Shown: positions 16,066 to 25,100 of the stretch, piece by piece
Layout of the letters: each line of letters starts with the position of its first letter
How positions within the stretch are numbered: the first letter of the stretch is position 1
IMG/VR virus record: IMGVR_UViG_3300020463_002275
Location: 96,001-160,000 of that record
Direction: 5' to 3' (one strand)
DNA from: a virus
DNA length: 64,000 nucleotides
The notes under the pieces: model-generated
Databases searched by the model: none
What the model was told of the DNA's origin: nothing
What the model saw: the letters and a program-made list of their open reading frames with translations, nothing else
Position numbers and translations under genes: made by a program

Positions 16066-16090
16066 AAAAAGGCTCTTAGGAGCCTTTTTT
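16066..16090 (+). terminator. Rho-independent terminator
   Basis: AAAAAGGCTC-TTAG-GAGCCTTTTTT. Confidence 0.9.
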
Positions 16091-16091
16091 C

Positions 16092-16120
16092 TTGACAAAT
16101 CTCTCTTTAGAATATAAAAT
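16092..16120 (+). promoter_or_regulatory. sigma70 promoter TTGACA-N17-TAAAAT giving a leaderless btuB-like mRNA
   Basis: Near-consensus elements; ATG 5 nt after the -10; no SD. Confidence 0.8.
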
Positions 16121-16125
16121 ACAGT

Positions 16126-17862
16126 ATGAATAAAATAATAATGTTAGTCACGGTTCTTACCGTGTTTTTTTGTGGCAGAAGTTTGGCCGAACCTTTAGAA
16201 ATAACAATCACAATCCCTAGAACAGCAAGCGATCTAGCAACCAGCACATACTCGTATGATGTTATGGGTGTTGACACTCCAGTTGAAACTTCCAACGGTG
16301 TAAATATTGTACAAAACGGACCTCCAGGACAATCAAGTAGTTTGTTTATAAGAGGAACAGAAAGTGATCATAGTTTAATTTCATTAAACGGAATTGCAAT
16401 CAAAGACCATAGTACACCAAGCGGAGCAGATGATTTAAGTCAACATAACTTGATAGGAATTGACTATTTGACCGTTATAAAGGGTCCTATGAGCAACACA
16501 CACGGGCCTAATGCGGCAGGTGGTGTTATTGATATGCATTCAAGTACTTATGGAAACAGTTATATTGATGTTAGTATAGGCTCTAATAATCTTATCAGCA
16601 AAGAAATAAGTGTAGTTGATAATAATAAAACTGATAGGCATAATTTTAAAGTTACTGCTAATCAAACAACAACAGATGGTATAAGTGTATACGCTGAAGG
16701 AGAAGAAAAAGATCCACATGAAGCAAATACATTTAATATTGGATATGATTACATAGGAAACAAATACATTCTTAAACTAAACAAAATTAAAGACAAAAAT
16801 AATATGAGTCTTGATAGCGGATCAGCAGATGTATTAAATTATACAGGTGATTGGGAATGGAATAACAACCAAATAGATTTCCAAACCAAAAATACAAGAG
16901 TAGTCCTAAACAATAGTAAACATGATAGAACATATACTAAAAACGGAGTAGTTGACAAATACAACAGTGAAAGTAATACATATCTAACACAACATACATT
17001 CAACAAAGATACATATGATTATTCTGTAGGTTGGGAATACAACGAAGCAAGTGCTGACTTTTCAACAAATATAAACAGTTATCAAAGTAGTGTTAACGAA
17101 AACAGATATACAACTGGATTATTTTTTGAAATAGACAAAGAATATTACATGGGTACTATTTTAAGTTTCAGCAGTAGACTTGATAGTATCAGTGACTTTG
17201 ATAATCAGATAAGTTCTAGAATAGGTATATCACATGATGGTTATAGAGCAAGTTATTCACAAGGTTATAGACTACCAACATTATATGAAATGTATGGTAT
17301 TGACAGTTATGGATATCAAGGTAATACAAATTTAAAATCTGAAGATATAGATTCATATGAAGTAGGATATAGAATGGGCAATTTTGATACTGCATTATTT
17401 TACATAGAAGAATCAAATGCAATTACATATTCTAATTCATCTTATGTAAACGTTGCAGAAGGTGGTGAAAGCAAAGGTGCAGAAGTAAGTTACAGTAGAT
17501 CTATTTTAGGGTATGATCTTGCATCAAATGTTACATATACTGAAGCAAGACTTAATAATGGAAGTGAAAAATTACGTAGACCAACTTGGGTAAATAATTC
17601 TAGTATATCAAAAAATATTAATGATTTGAATTACAAAGTGTCAATGAATTATTATGGTGATCATAAAGACATTGACAGTTCAACATTTAAAACAATTGAT
17701 AAAGATAGTATTACTACTTTTGATTTAGAACTAAATCAACTAATGGAAAACAAAATGTTTTACTTAGGATTATATAATATTACAGATGAAAAATATGAAC
17801 AACCAGACGGTTACAACCAATTGGGAATTAATTTCCAAGCAGGTATTAGAATAACAATGTAA
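16126..17862 (+). CDS. btuB: TonB-dependent outer membrane receptor, BtuB (vitamin B12)-like
   Basis: Signal peptide; plug motifs QNGPPGQSSSLFIRGT..DH and IKGPMS..HG..AAGGVI closely parallel BtuB; PTLYEMYG..GNxNLKSE and LYNITDEKYE...GY barrel motifs. Substrate is inferred. Confidence 0.8.
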   Translation: MNKIIMLVTVLTVFFCGRSLAEPLEITITIPRTASDLATSTYSYDVMGVDTPVETSNGVNIVQNGPPGQSSSLFIRGTESDHSLISLNGIAIKDHSTPSGADDLSQHNLIGIDYLTVIKGPMSNTHGPNAAGGVIDMHSSTYGNSYIDVSIGSNNLISKEISVVDNNKTDRHNFKVTANQTTTDGISVYAEGEEKDPHEANTFNIGYDYIGNKYILKLNKIKDKNNMSLDSGSADVLNYTGDWEWNNNQIDFQTKNTRVVLNNSKHDRTYTKNGVVDKYNSESNTYLTQHTFNKDTYDYSVGWEYNEASADFSTNINSYQSSVNENRYTTGLFFEIDKEYYMGTILSFSSRLDSISDFDNQISSRIGISHDGYRASYSQGYRLPTLYEMYGIDSYGYQGNTNLKSEDIDSYEVGYRMGNFDTALFYIEESNAITYSNSSYVNVAEGGESKGAEVSYSRSILGYDLASNVTYTEARLNNGSEKLRRPTWVNNSSISKNINDLNYKVSMNYYGDHKDIDSSTFKTIDKDSITTFDLELNQLMENKMFYLGLYNITDEKYEQPDGYNQLGINFQAGIRITM

Positions 17863-18338
17863 TGAATAATTTATATTGGTTCTTAGGATTTATATTAGTA
17901 TTAGCATTAAGTAGAATTATACCACATCCACCAAACTTCACTCCAATAATTGCTGTGGCTGTTTTTGCACCAAGAATAATCAGGCACATTCCAACAGTAA
18001 TTTGTGCAACATTACTTGCTATGTTTATAGCAGATATGTATTGGGGATTGCATAGTTATATGATATGGACTTACAGCAGTATTGCTTTGTGTACGCTTTT
18101 AGCAATAAAAGTAAGATTACTAACTATGTCTGTTGTAGGACCTATATTATTCTTTATTGTAACTAACTTTGCAGTGTGGACAAGTGGATACTATGGATTA
18201 ACTATTCAAGGCTTGTTAGCATGTTATATAGCGGCAATACCGTTCTTTTATATGACACTGTTAAGCACATTAGTATACGTTTCTTCTTTCTATATTATCG
18301 AAAAAATGGTGATCACGCAGGTTAAACATCGTACTTAA
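17862..18338 (+). CDS. DUF6580-like integral membrane protein (putative ECF S-component-type vitamin transporter)
   Basis: SRIIPHPPNFTPI motif, FFIVTNFAVW, CYIAAIPFF; 5-6 hydrophobic helices; coupled to btuB (TAATG). Confidence 0.75.
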   Translation: MNNLYWFLGFILVLALSRIIPHPPNFTPIIAVAVFAPRIIRHIPTVICATLLAMFIADMYWGLHSYMIWTYSSIALCTLLAIKVRLLTMSVVGPILFFIVTNFAVWTSGYYGLTIQGLLACYIAAIPFFYMTLLSTLVYVSSFYIIEKMVITQVKHRT

Positions 18339-18439
18339 TTTAGTTTGATAAATACTTGTGTCGATAATCGTGCCGTGCAAACGGACTTATGCAGAATTGA
18401 CCCACTGCGTATTACTTAGAACGTAACAAGGAGAAACAA

Positions 18440-18901
18440 ATGGGAAGACCATTAAATAAACGACTATTTGGTGTAGCAGGCGTAGGACCTACAGCAAGTG
18501 GAACAGAAATCAAAGTAAATTTCCACAACGGAACAGCAGTTAAAGAGGGCTATATTGTAAAACAACTTGGCTCAAAAAAATTCCGTTGCGAAGAAATAGA
18601 AACAGCAGGTACATTTGATTGTACTTTAAAAACTGGTGTATTACCTGCGAATTTATCAGCAGGTGAAATGAGTATTTCAGTACAAGGTGCAGATTCAGAA
18701 ACATATGGCGTAAGTAAAATTACAGGCAGAAAAGTTACTGTTGCTTCACCAAGTGCAACTGGTTCAAATGCATTAGCAGGAACATCACTGCAATTTGCTC
18801 TAACAGGTGCCGCGGCATCAGGAATTGTTAGAATGGAAGAAGCAGGCGATGATAACACATTATCTGGTACAGATGATGATGATTTCACTGAAGATGCATA
18901 A
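18440..18901 (+). CDS. Virion structural protein (MGRPLNK family)
   Basis: Late promoter at 18347, SD AAGGAG; paralog of the next gene. Confidence 0.6.
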   Translation: MGRPLNKRLFGVAGVGPTASGTEIKVNFHNGTAVKEGYIVKQLGSKKFRCEEIETAGTFDCTLKTGVLPANLSAGEMSISVQGADSETYGVSKITGRKVTVASPSATGSNALAGTSLQFALTGAAASGIVRMEEAGDDNTLSGTDDDDFTEDA

Positions 18902-18909
18902 GGACTAAC

Positions 18910-19272
18910 ATGGGTAGACCAGTCAATAAAAAGAACTTTGGAGCAACAGGCGTTGATGCGGCACCAACAATTCCAATTCGTTTTCATGATGGAACGAGTT
19001 TGATTGAAGGTAAAGTAGTAAGTCAACGTGGTAACGGTAAGTTCCTTTGTTCTAATGATGCTGGAAATATTACAAGAATCTGTCGTTTGGTGAATGAAAT
19101 TTCACCAAACGCACAGTTCGAAGCATCAATAATTGGCATTGCTCCCGGAAACAGTCCTAAAATTATTAAGAAGATACATAACAGAACAGCAGTTGATTGG
19201 GATGGCAATCGTTATACATGGGAATGTCAAGATGATTCTACAGAGTCATTGATGATATTAACTGCGATATAG
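18910..19272 (+). CDS. Virion structural protein (MGRPVNK paralog)
   Basis: Shares MGRPxNK, F.FHxGT, G.(I/V)V.Q.G..KF.C with 18440. Confidence 0.6.
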   Translation: MGRPVNKKNFGATGVDAAPTIPIRFHDGTSLIEGKVVSQRGNGKFLCSNDAGNITRICRLVNEISPNAQFEASIIGIAPGNSPKIIKKIHNRTAVDWDGNRYTWECQDDSTESLMILTAI

Positions 19273-19281
19273 GTGAAATAA

Positions 19282-20259
19282 ATGAGTGCAAGTGTTGTAA
19301 GTATACCAAATGATGATTACATGATAAAAGTAACTCCTGGCGGAACAATTACTTTTGACACAGGACCTGTACAAGGTAATGTTATTTTTACAGGTAATTT
19401 TACAGTTGGTGGACAACAAACAGTAGTTAATTCAACAAACTTAGATGTACAAGATAATATTATCACAGTCAACCATGGTGAAACTGGTGCAGGTGTTACT
19501 TTAAATCAATCAGGTTTACAAATTGATAGAGGTACAGAAACCGACGCACAATTTGTTTTTGATGAAACTATGACATGGACAGATCCGGTAACTGATACAA
19601 GTATTACAGGCGGATTTGTTTTTAAAAATGTTGCAAATTCATTAGTAGGTATAAGAACAGTAAGTATTAATAGTAATGGCGGTGATTTATATTTGATAAA
19701 CAGTGGTTCTGGTGTGATCAGTGTAACAGGTACTAATAATTATGAAGGAAATGTTACTGATGATGACCACATACCTAATAAAAAATATGTTGACGATGAA
19801 ATTGTAACTGCATTAACAAGTACATTCCAAAGAAGAATTGAAGAAGGTAGCACAACAAAATCATTTGTTGAAGTACGAGATCAAGAAGTATCAGGTTTAC
19901 AAAGTGTAATTAATTTTGAACTTGATAGTGTTAATGTTGGTAAGGTATTCAAAGATAGACTTGAAATTCAAAGTCTTAGAATAGCAGACAACATGATTGA
20001 AACAACAGTTTCGGATGCAGACTTAGTATTATCTGCACCAGGAACAGGTGGTGTCAAAGTTAGAGATAACATGACACTAACATCAACCCCTGCGATTGAT
20101 GATGCATTAGCAGATCCAGCAGGTCCAGCAGACGGATTGAAACTTTATGTAAAAAATCCTGAGACAGGTGGTACAGGTTTGTTTTTCAAACATGCTAACA
20201 CTACTACTGGAGAAATAATAAGTAGAAAGAATGCTCTTTTATTGAGCATGTTATTTTAA
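19282..20259 (+). CDS. Fibre-like virion structural protein
   Basis: NLDVQDNIITVNHGE-type fibre motif and H..NKKYVD motif. Confidence 0.6.
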   Translation: MSASVVSIPNDDYMIKVTPGGTITFDTGPVQGNVIFTGNFTVGGQQTVVNSTNLDVQDNIITVNHGETGAGVTLNQSGLQIDRGTETDAQFVFDETMTWTDPVTDTSITGGFVFKNVANSLVGIRTVSINSNGGDLYLINSGSGVISVTGTNNYEGNVTDDDHIPNKKYVDDEIVTALTSTFQRRIEEGSTTKSFVEVRDQEVSGLQSVINFELDSVNVGKVFKDRLEIQSLRIADNMIETTVSDADLVLSAPGTGGVKVRDNMTLTSTPAIDDALADPAGPADGLKLYVKNPETGGTGLFFKHANTTTGEIISRKNALLLSMLF

Positions 20260-20270
20260 GGAAAGAAGAT

Positions 20271-20609
20271 ATGGCCATAGAATCCACAGCAATAGCAAGC
20301 ACAGATACAGACTTACTACTTGTCCCCGGCGGCAAATCCTATGCTGTTTTGACAATTATGGTTTGTAATATTGACACACCAAATCCAGTGCATCAAGAAC
20401 ACGGATTGACAAACTTTGACTTACACTTTGTAAAAAGCGGAGCGGCAAAGAGTAATACAAATAAAGTAATTAATAACTTACAATTACCTGCAGGAGAAAC
20501 ATTTACTTTTGATAGTGAAAAAGTTGTTTTAGAAGCAGGCGATAAGATTGTAGCATTAGGAGAATCTCCTACAAACTTAGTTGCAACAGTAAGTTTCTTG
20601 GAAGTGTAA
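20271..20609 (+). CDS. Small beta-rich virion protein (paralog of 31957 and 43082)
   Basis: 112 aa with shared N...IP...F...K.VL..G.K pattern. Confidence 0.6.
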   Translation: MAIESTAIASTDTDLLLVPGGKSYAVLTIMVCNIDTPNPVHQEHGLTNFDLHFVKSGAAKSNTNKVINNLQLPAGETFTFDSEKVVLEAGDKIVALGESPTNLVATVSFLEV

Positions 20610-20610
20610 T

Positions 20611-21111
20611 ATGAGATTGATTAAAGCACAAAGCACTAATATAAGAAATATTAGAGGTACAGGAATAAAATTTGATATAAACGGCCTAGGTAGAATTGGC
20701 GGTGAAAAAGCAATGGTTGTTCCTATAGGTAGTACATCTGAAAGACCAGTATTTGCAGAAGCAGGACAGATTAGATATAATACAGATGTAGATGCTTTTG
20801 AAATGTACTCAGCAGGAAATTGGGGAGAGATACGTAAAAAAGAACCAACTGAAATAGTACAACAAAATTTAGGAAACGGTGACGGAAATGAAACAATTTT
20901 TGGTCCATTAGTTAACGGAGATTTAAACTTTCCAGTACCTAGTGCGGCTCGTAATATTTTAGTATTTGTTGAAAACGTATTCCAAATAGCAACTACTAAC
21001 TATACATTAGTACAAAACCCTGCTGGAAAAGCGGCTGGTTACTATATTTCATTTAGTTCTGCTCCAGATGTAGGTAAGCCGGTCACGGTATTACATAATT
21101 TTGATAAATAA
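20611..21111 (+). CDS. Virion structural protein
   Basis: PIGSTSERP...GQIRYNTD motif typical of phage fibre C-terminal modules. Confidence 0.6.
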   Translation: MRLIKAQSTNIRNIRGTGIKFDINGLGRIGGEKAMVVPIGSTSERPVFAEAGQIRYNTDVDAFEMYSAGNWGEIRKKEPTEIVQQNLGNGDGNETIFGPLVNGDLNFPVPSAARNILVFVENVFQIATTNYTLVQNPAGKAAGYYISFSSAPDVGKPVTVLHNFDK

Positions 21112-21128
21112 TATTAGGAGACTATATA

Positions 21129-22085
21129 ATGGCATCGTTAAAATCATTACTAGGAAGTAGAAACTTTACACAAACGGAAACTAACCTTGAACAAGGTAGA
21201 ATATACTCATACACAAACGGTACTATGTACTCTAAAATGTGTAACGGTTTTTGCTTTGTAGCACCTGCGAATGGATCAGTAACTATTGATTCTTGGGGTG
21301 CAGGTGGTTCAGGTGCAAGAATGTGTTGTTGTGGTGGCGGTTTGCCAGGAAACGCATCAGCATATACAAGAAAAGCACATAGTATGAGCAGTGGACAACG
21401 TATATGCGGATGTCTAGGTAAATCATGCGGTAATGCAAGTTCTTTATGTTTTAGAGGTTGCGGTGAACCTACTATGTATTGTTGGTTCTCATCAGGTAGC
21501 AATGGTTGTGTTTGTACACAAGGTGGTAGAGGCGGAATTAGTTTTTGTTCAACTTCTCCAAGTTTATATTGTTGTTATCGTGCTAATGGTTTTTGTACAA
21601 CAAACAGAGGTCCAAACTGTGGACTAGTATGTAACCAGTGTTCGGGTGCATTTATTGCTAACTCGTACGGTGGAGATTTAAACTGTTGCGGAATGAAATC
21701 ATGTTCAAGTTTCTTAGGATGTTATCCACAATGTACATGTATGCACTACTATCACGTTGCAGTACCATCAGGTGTGTTTGGTAAAGACGGCGCTATGATT
21801 ACATATAATACTGAATCAGATAACCCATACTCACGTTGGTCAGGAATGGGAATTCACCAGTTTAGTAACGCATTGAATGCGGCAAGTAGAAATCCATCAA
21901 GAGGTGTTTATCACGGTAGTTGTTGGATGGGTAACAGAGCATGTCAGTGTTACGAACAAATTGGTTGCGGACACTTTGTACCATACGGAACAGGTGGACC
22001 AGCGGCTAACCCATGTCCAGGTGTTAGAGATCACGGATGGCGCGGTGGTGACGGTGCTGTACGTATTAAATTCGTCGAAGGTTAA
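21129..22085 (+). CDS. Cys-rich glycine-rich-domain virion protein (paralog 1)
   Basis: 318 aa, 31 Cys; WGAGGSG and GGDGAVRI motifs. Confidence 0.7.
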   Translation: MASLKSLLGSRNFTQTETNLEQGRIYSYTNGTMYSKMCNGFCFVAPANGSVTIDSWGAGGSGARMCCCGGGLPGNASAYTRKAHSMSSGQRICGCLGKSCGNASSLCFRGCGEPTMYCWFSSGSNGCVCTQGGRGGISFCSTSPSLYCCYRANGFCTTNRGPNCGLVCNQCSGAFIANSYGGDLNCCGMKSCSSFLGCYPQCTCMHYYHVAVPSGVFGKDGAMITYNTESDNPYSRWSGMGIHQFSNALNAASRNPSRGVYHGSCWMGNRACQCYEQIGCGHFVPYGTGGPAANPCPGVRDHGWRGGDGAVRIKFVEG

Positions 22086-22125
22086 TCCAAAAAATTCAAA
22101 TAAATACTGTGTCAGGAGAACATAA

Positions 22126-25100
22126 GTGGCACAAGTAGGTAGAATATCTGGTCCGTTACTAACGGCCAATCTTGAACGTCAAGGTAAAGATCTAGATTTT
22201 AGAAATCAACAAACAAGTACACCTTTATTAAAACTTAAAGTTGGCACTAACAAAATTGGTGTCAATACAACCTCTCCTGCGTTTCCATTACATGTTAGTA
22301 ATACAATAAGAAGTACTGAACTTACTACACCTACTATGAGTCCTGGAAATTTTACTATTTCAGGAAATGATATTAATGCCTTAACTGGTTCAATTAATAT
22401 CAAAAGTGATGTAAGATCAGCAGGAATTGCAACACAACAACTTTTAATACGCGACAATAATATTAGCACTACAGTTACAAATGCAGAAGTTAATTTATTA
22501 CCTAACGGCACAGGAACAATAGAATTACAAGCAAATACAAATGTAACAGGAAATTTACATGCTACAGGAAATATTACTTTAGATGGTAGTTTAGTTTTTG
22601 GTGATACCGGTGATGATAGTACACGACTTGCAGACACAGTAAAATTTAATGCAGATATTGATAGTAATATTATACCCGATGTAAATAATTCATTTGATCT
22701 TGGAGCAAATTATGCTAAATGGGATCAATTAAATTTTAATACAATAGAAGCAACTAATATACTAGGTAATAGTATTTTTCTTGAAAACGGATTAGTACAA
22801 CCTGCGTCACGAGTAGGTAATATATTTTATGTTGATAAAAATGGTAACGATTCTAATGTAGGTGACCATCCAAATGGAGCATTTTTAACATTAACAAGAG
22901 CATTAAGTTTTGTTGACGCTAGTATTCAAGGACAGGTTGCTATACATATTTCAGCAGGAGAATATGAAGAAACATTTCCATTAACAGTTCCATCAAATGT
23001 AACAATTATTGGCGAAGACATACGTAACGTTGTTATTAAACCAACAGTAGCAACAAATACAAACAATGCTTTCTTATTAGATGGTGAAACAACAATAGAA
23101 AATATTACTATACAAGATTATTTTAGTCCAGGATATGCATTTTCTTTTAAGCCTAATGCAACAGTTACAAGTAGAAGTCCTTATATTAGAAATGTAACTG
23201 TAATTACAAAAGGATCAGTTACAAGTGCAAACGACCCAAGAGGTTACGATCAAGGAGATGCTGGTAAAGGTTTGTTGGTAGACGGAGCAAGTGTAACTAG
23301 TTCAAGTCAAGAAGCAAGCATGTTATTTCACAGCGTAACATTTATAACTCCAGGAGTTGAAAGTGTTAAATTAACAAACGGTGTTAGAGTTGAATGGTTA
23401 AACAGTTTCATTTACTTTGCACAACAAGGTATGTTACTTGAAAGAGGAACAACAGGACACCTAAGCACAGATGGATCAACTATACAATATGGCGCAGAAA
23501 TGCGTTTGATAGGATCAGCAAACGTTTACGGAGAATTTGGAATCAAAGCAGACGGTGCAGGTACAAATGCATATTTGATTAATCATAATTTTACTTACAT
23601 AGGTACAGGCAAAAGCACAGCAAATGATCCTACTTTATCTATACATGCTAACGAAGTTGTAGAAATAAATTCCGGTAGAATAAACTATGCAACTGTAGAC
23701 GAAACTGGTAATTTTAGAGTAGGTACTGCACTTTTTGTAGATCAACAAACTGGAAAAACAGAAATAGAATCTGCTAGTATTGACTTTACAAATGTTGATA
23801 CACTACGTATTGTTACAGCAGGATCAACAGTAACAATAGATGATACTAGGGTAAGAACAGATTTTATAAGATTAAGAGATAATAAATTAGAAAGTCTTGT
23901 AGGAAATTTAAAAATTGATTCTGCACCGTCAGCATCTGTTAATATAAATGCAAATACAAATATTACTGGAAATTTAGATACATCTGGTAATACAACTATT
24001 GCAGGATCATTAGTTAGTTTAGGTGATGCAGACACAGATAATATTAGTTTCAACAGTGATGTAACATCAGGCATGACTCCAAATGTAAATTTAGCGTTTG
24101 ATCTAGGATCAGCAACAAAAAGTTGGAAAACTGCATATGCAGAAAAATTAACAACAGATGCATTTGACATTGAAGGTAATAGAATTACTACAAAAGATTC
24201 TAATGCAGATTTAGTAATAGGTGCAAATCCTAATCCACCTACTGTTACAGTAGGACCACAATTGAGTATAAACACAACAGAAAATGCTCCTAGAGGACTA
24301 ACATTCAATAACGATGGTACAAAAATGTTTGTTGCTGGAACACAAGGTGATGATATTGGTGAATACACCCTTTCGGTTGCATTTGATGTTTCTTCAACAG
24401 TAACTTATGTAGATAGCCTTTCTGTAATTAACAATCCAACAGCAGTAAAATTTAACTTAGATGGTACAAAAATGTACGTTACTGGTCCAGACACTAACTG
24501 CTTGACAGAATACAATCTCTCAACAGCATTTGATGTTTCCACAGGAGTGTTTAGTCAAAATTCACCATCGTGGAAGTTTTTAGTTACACCTAGTGAAGAT
24601 GATACTTTTGGCTTTGACTTTAACAATGACGGAACAAAAGTTTACGTCTCAGGAAATCAAAGAGACAAGATTTACGAATTTAATTTACCTGGAGCATTTG
24701 ATATATCATCAATAACATTTGTCCAAGAATTATATGTAGGACTTATAGATATTGAACCATTTGGTATTGAGTGGAGCCCTAATGGTAAAAGGTTGTTTAT
24801 TGTAGGAACAAGAGGCAACGGTATAGATGAATTTGAGTTAACCACAGCATTTGACATATCAACAGCAACACATGAAGGCTTTTATTCCATAGGTGGAAAT
24901 CCTTCCGGCATACATATTTCACCAGACGGATTAAAAATGTTTGTTTTAGGTAACCAAAATGACAAAGTTAAAGAATATTCAACAAACACAGCATATAGAT
25001 TTGTTGCTGGCATAAGCAAAATCAAAATGGGTGGTTTAACAACAGGACAAGCATTCACCCAAACAGATGTTAGTACATTAGACAGCGGTGATGTTAATTC

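Noticed and set aside
15845-16125. Cobalamin riboswitch upstream of the btuB-like gene
   Set aside because: No B12-box or GGGAA..GCCCCCGC..CTGT core. The structured RNA is cut off from btuB by a terminator and a new leaderless promoter.
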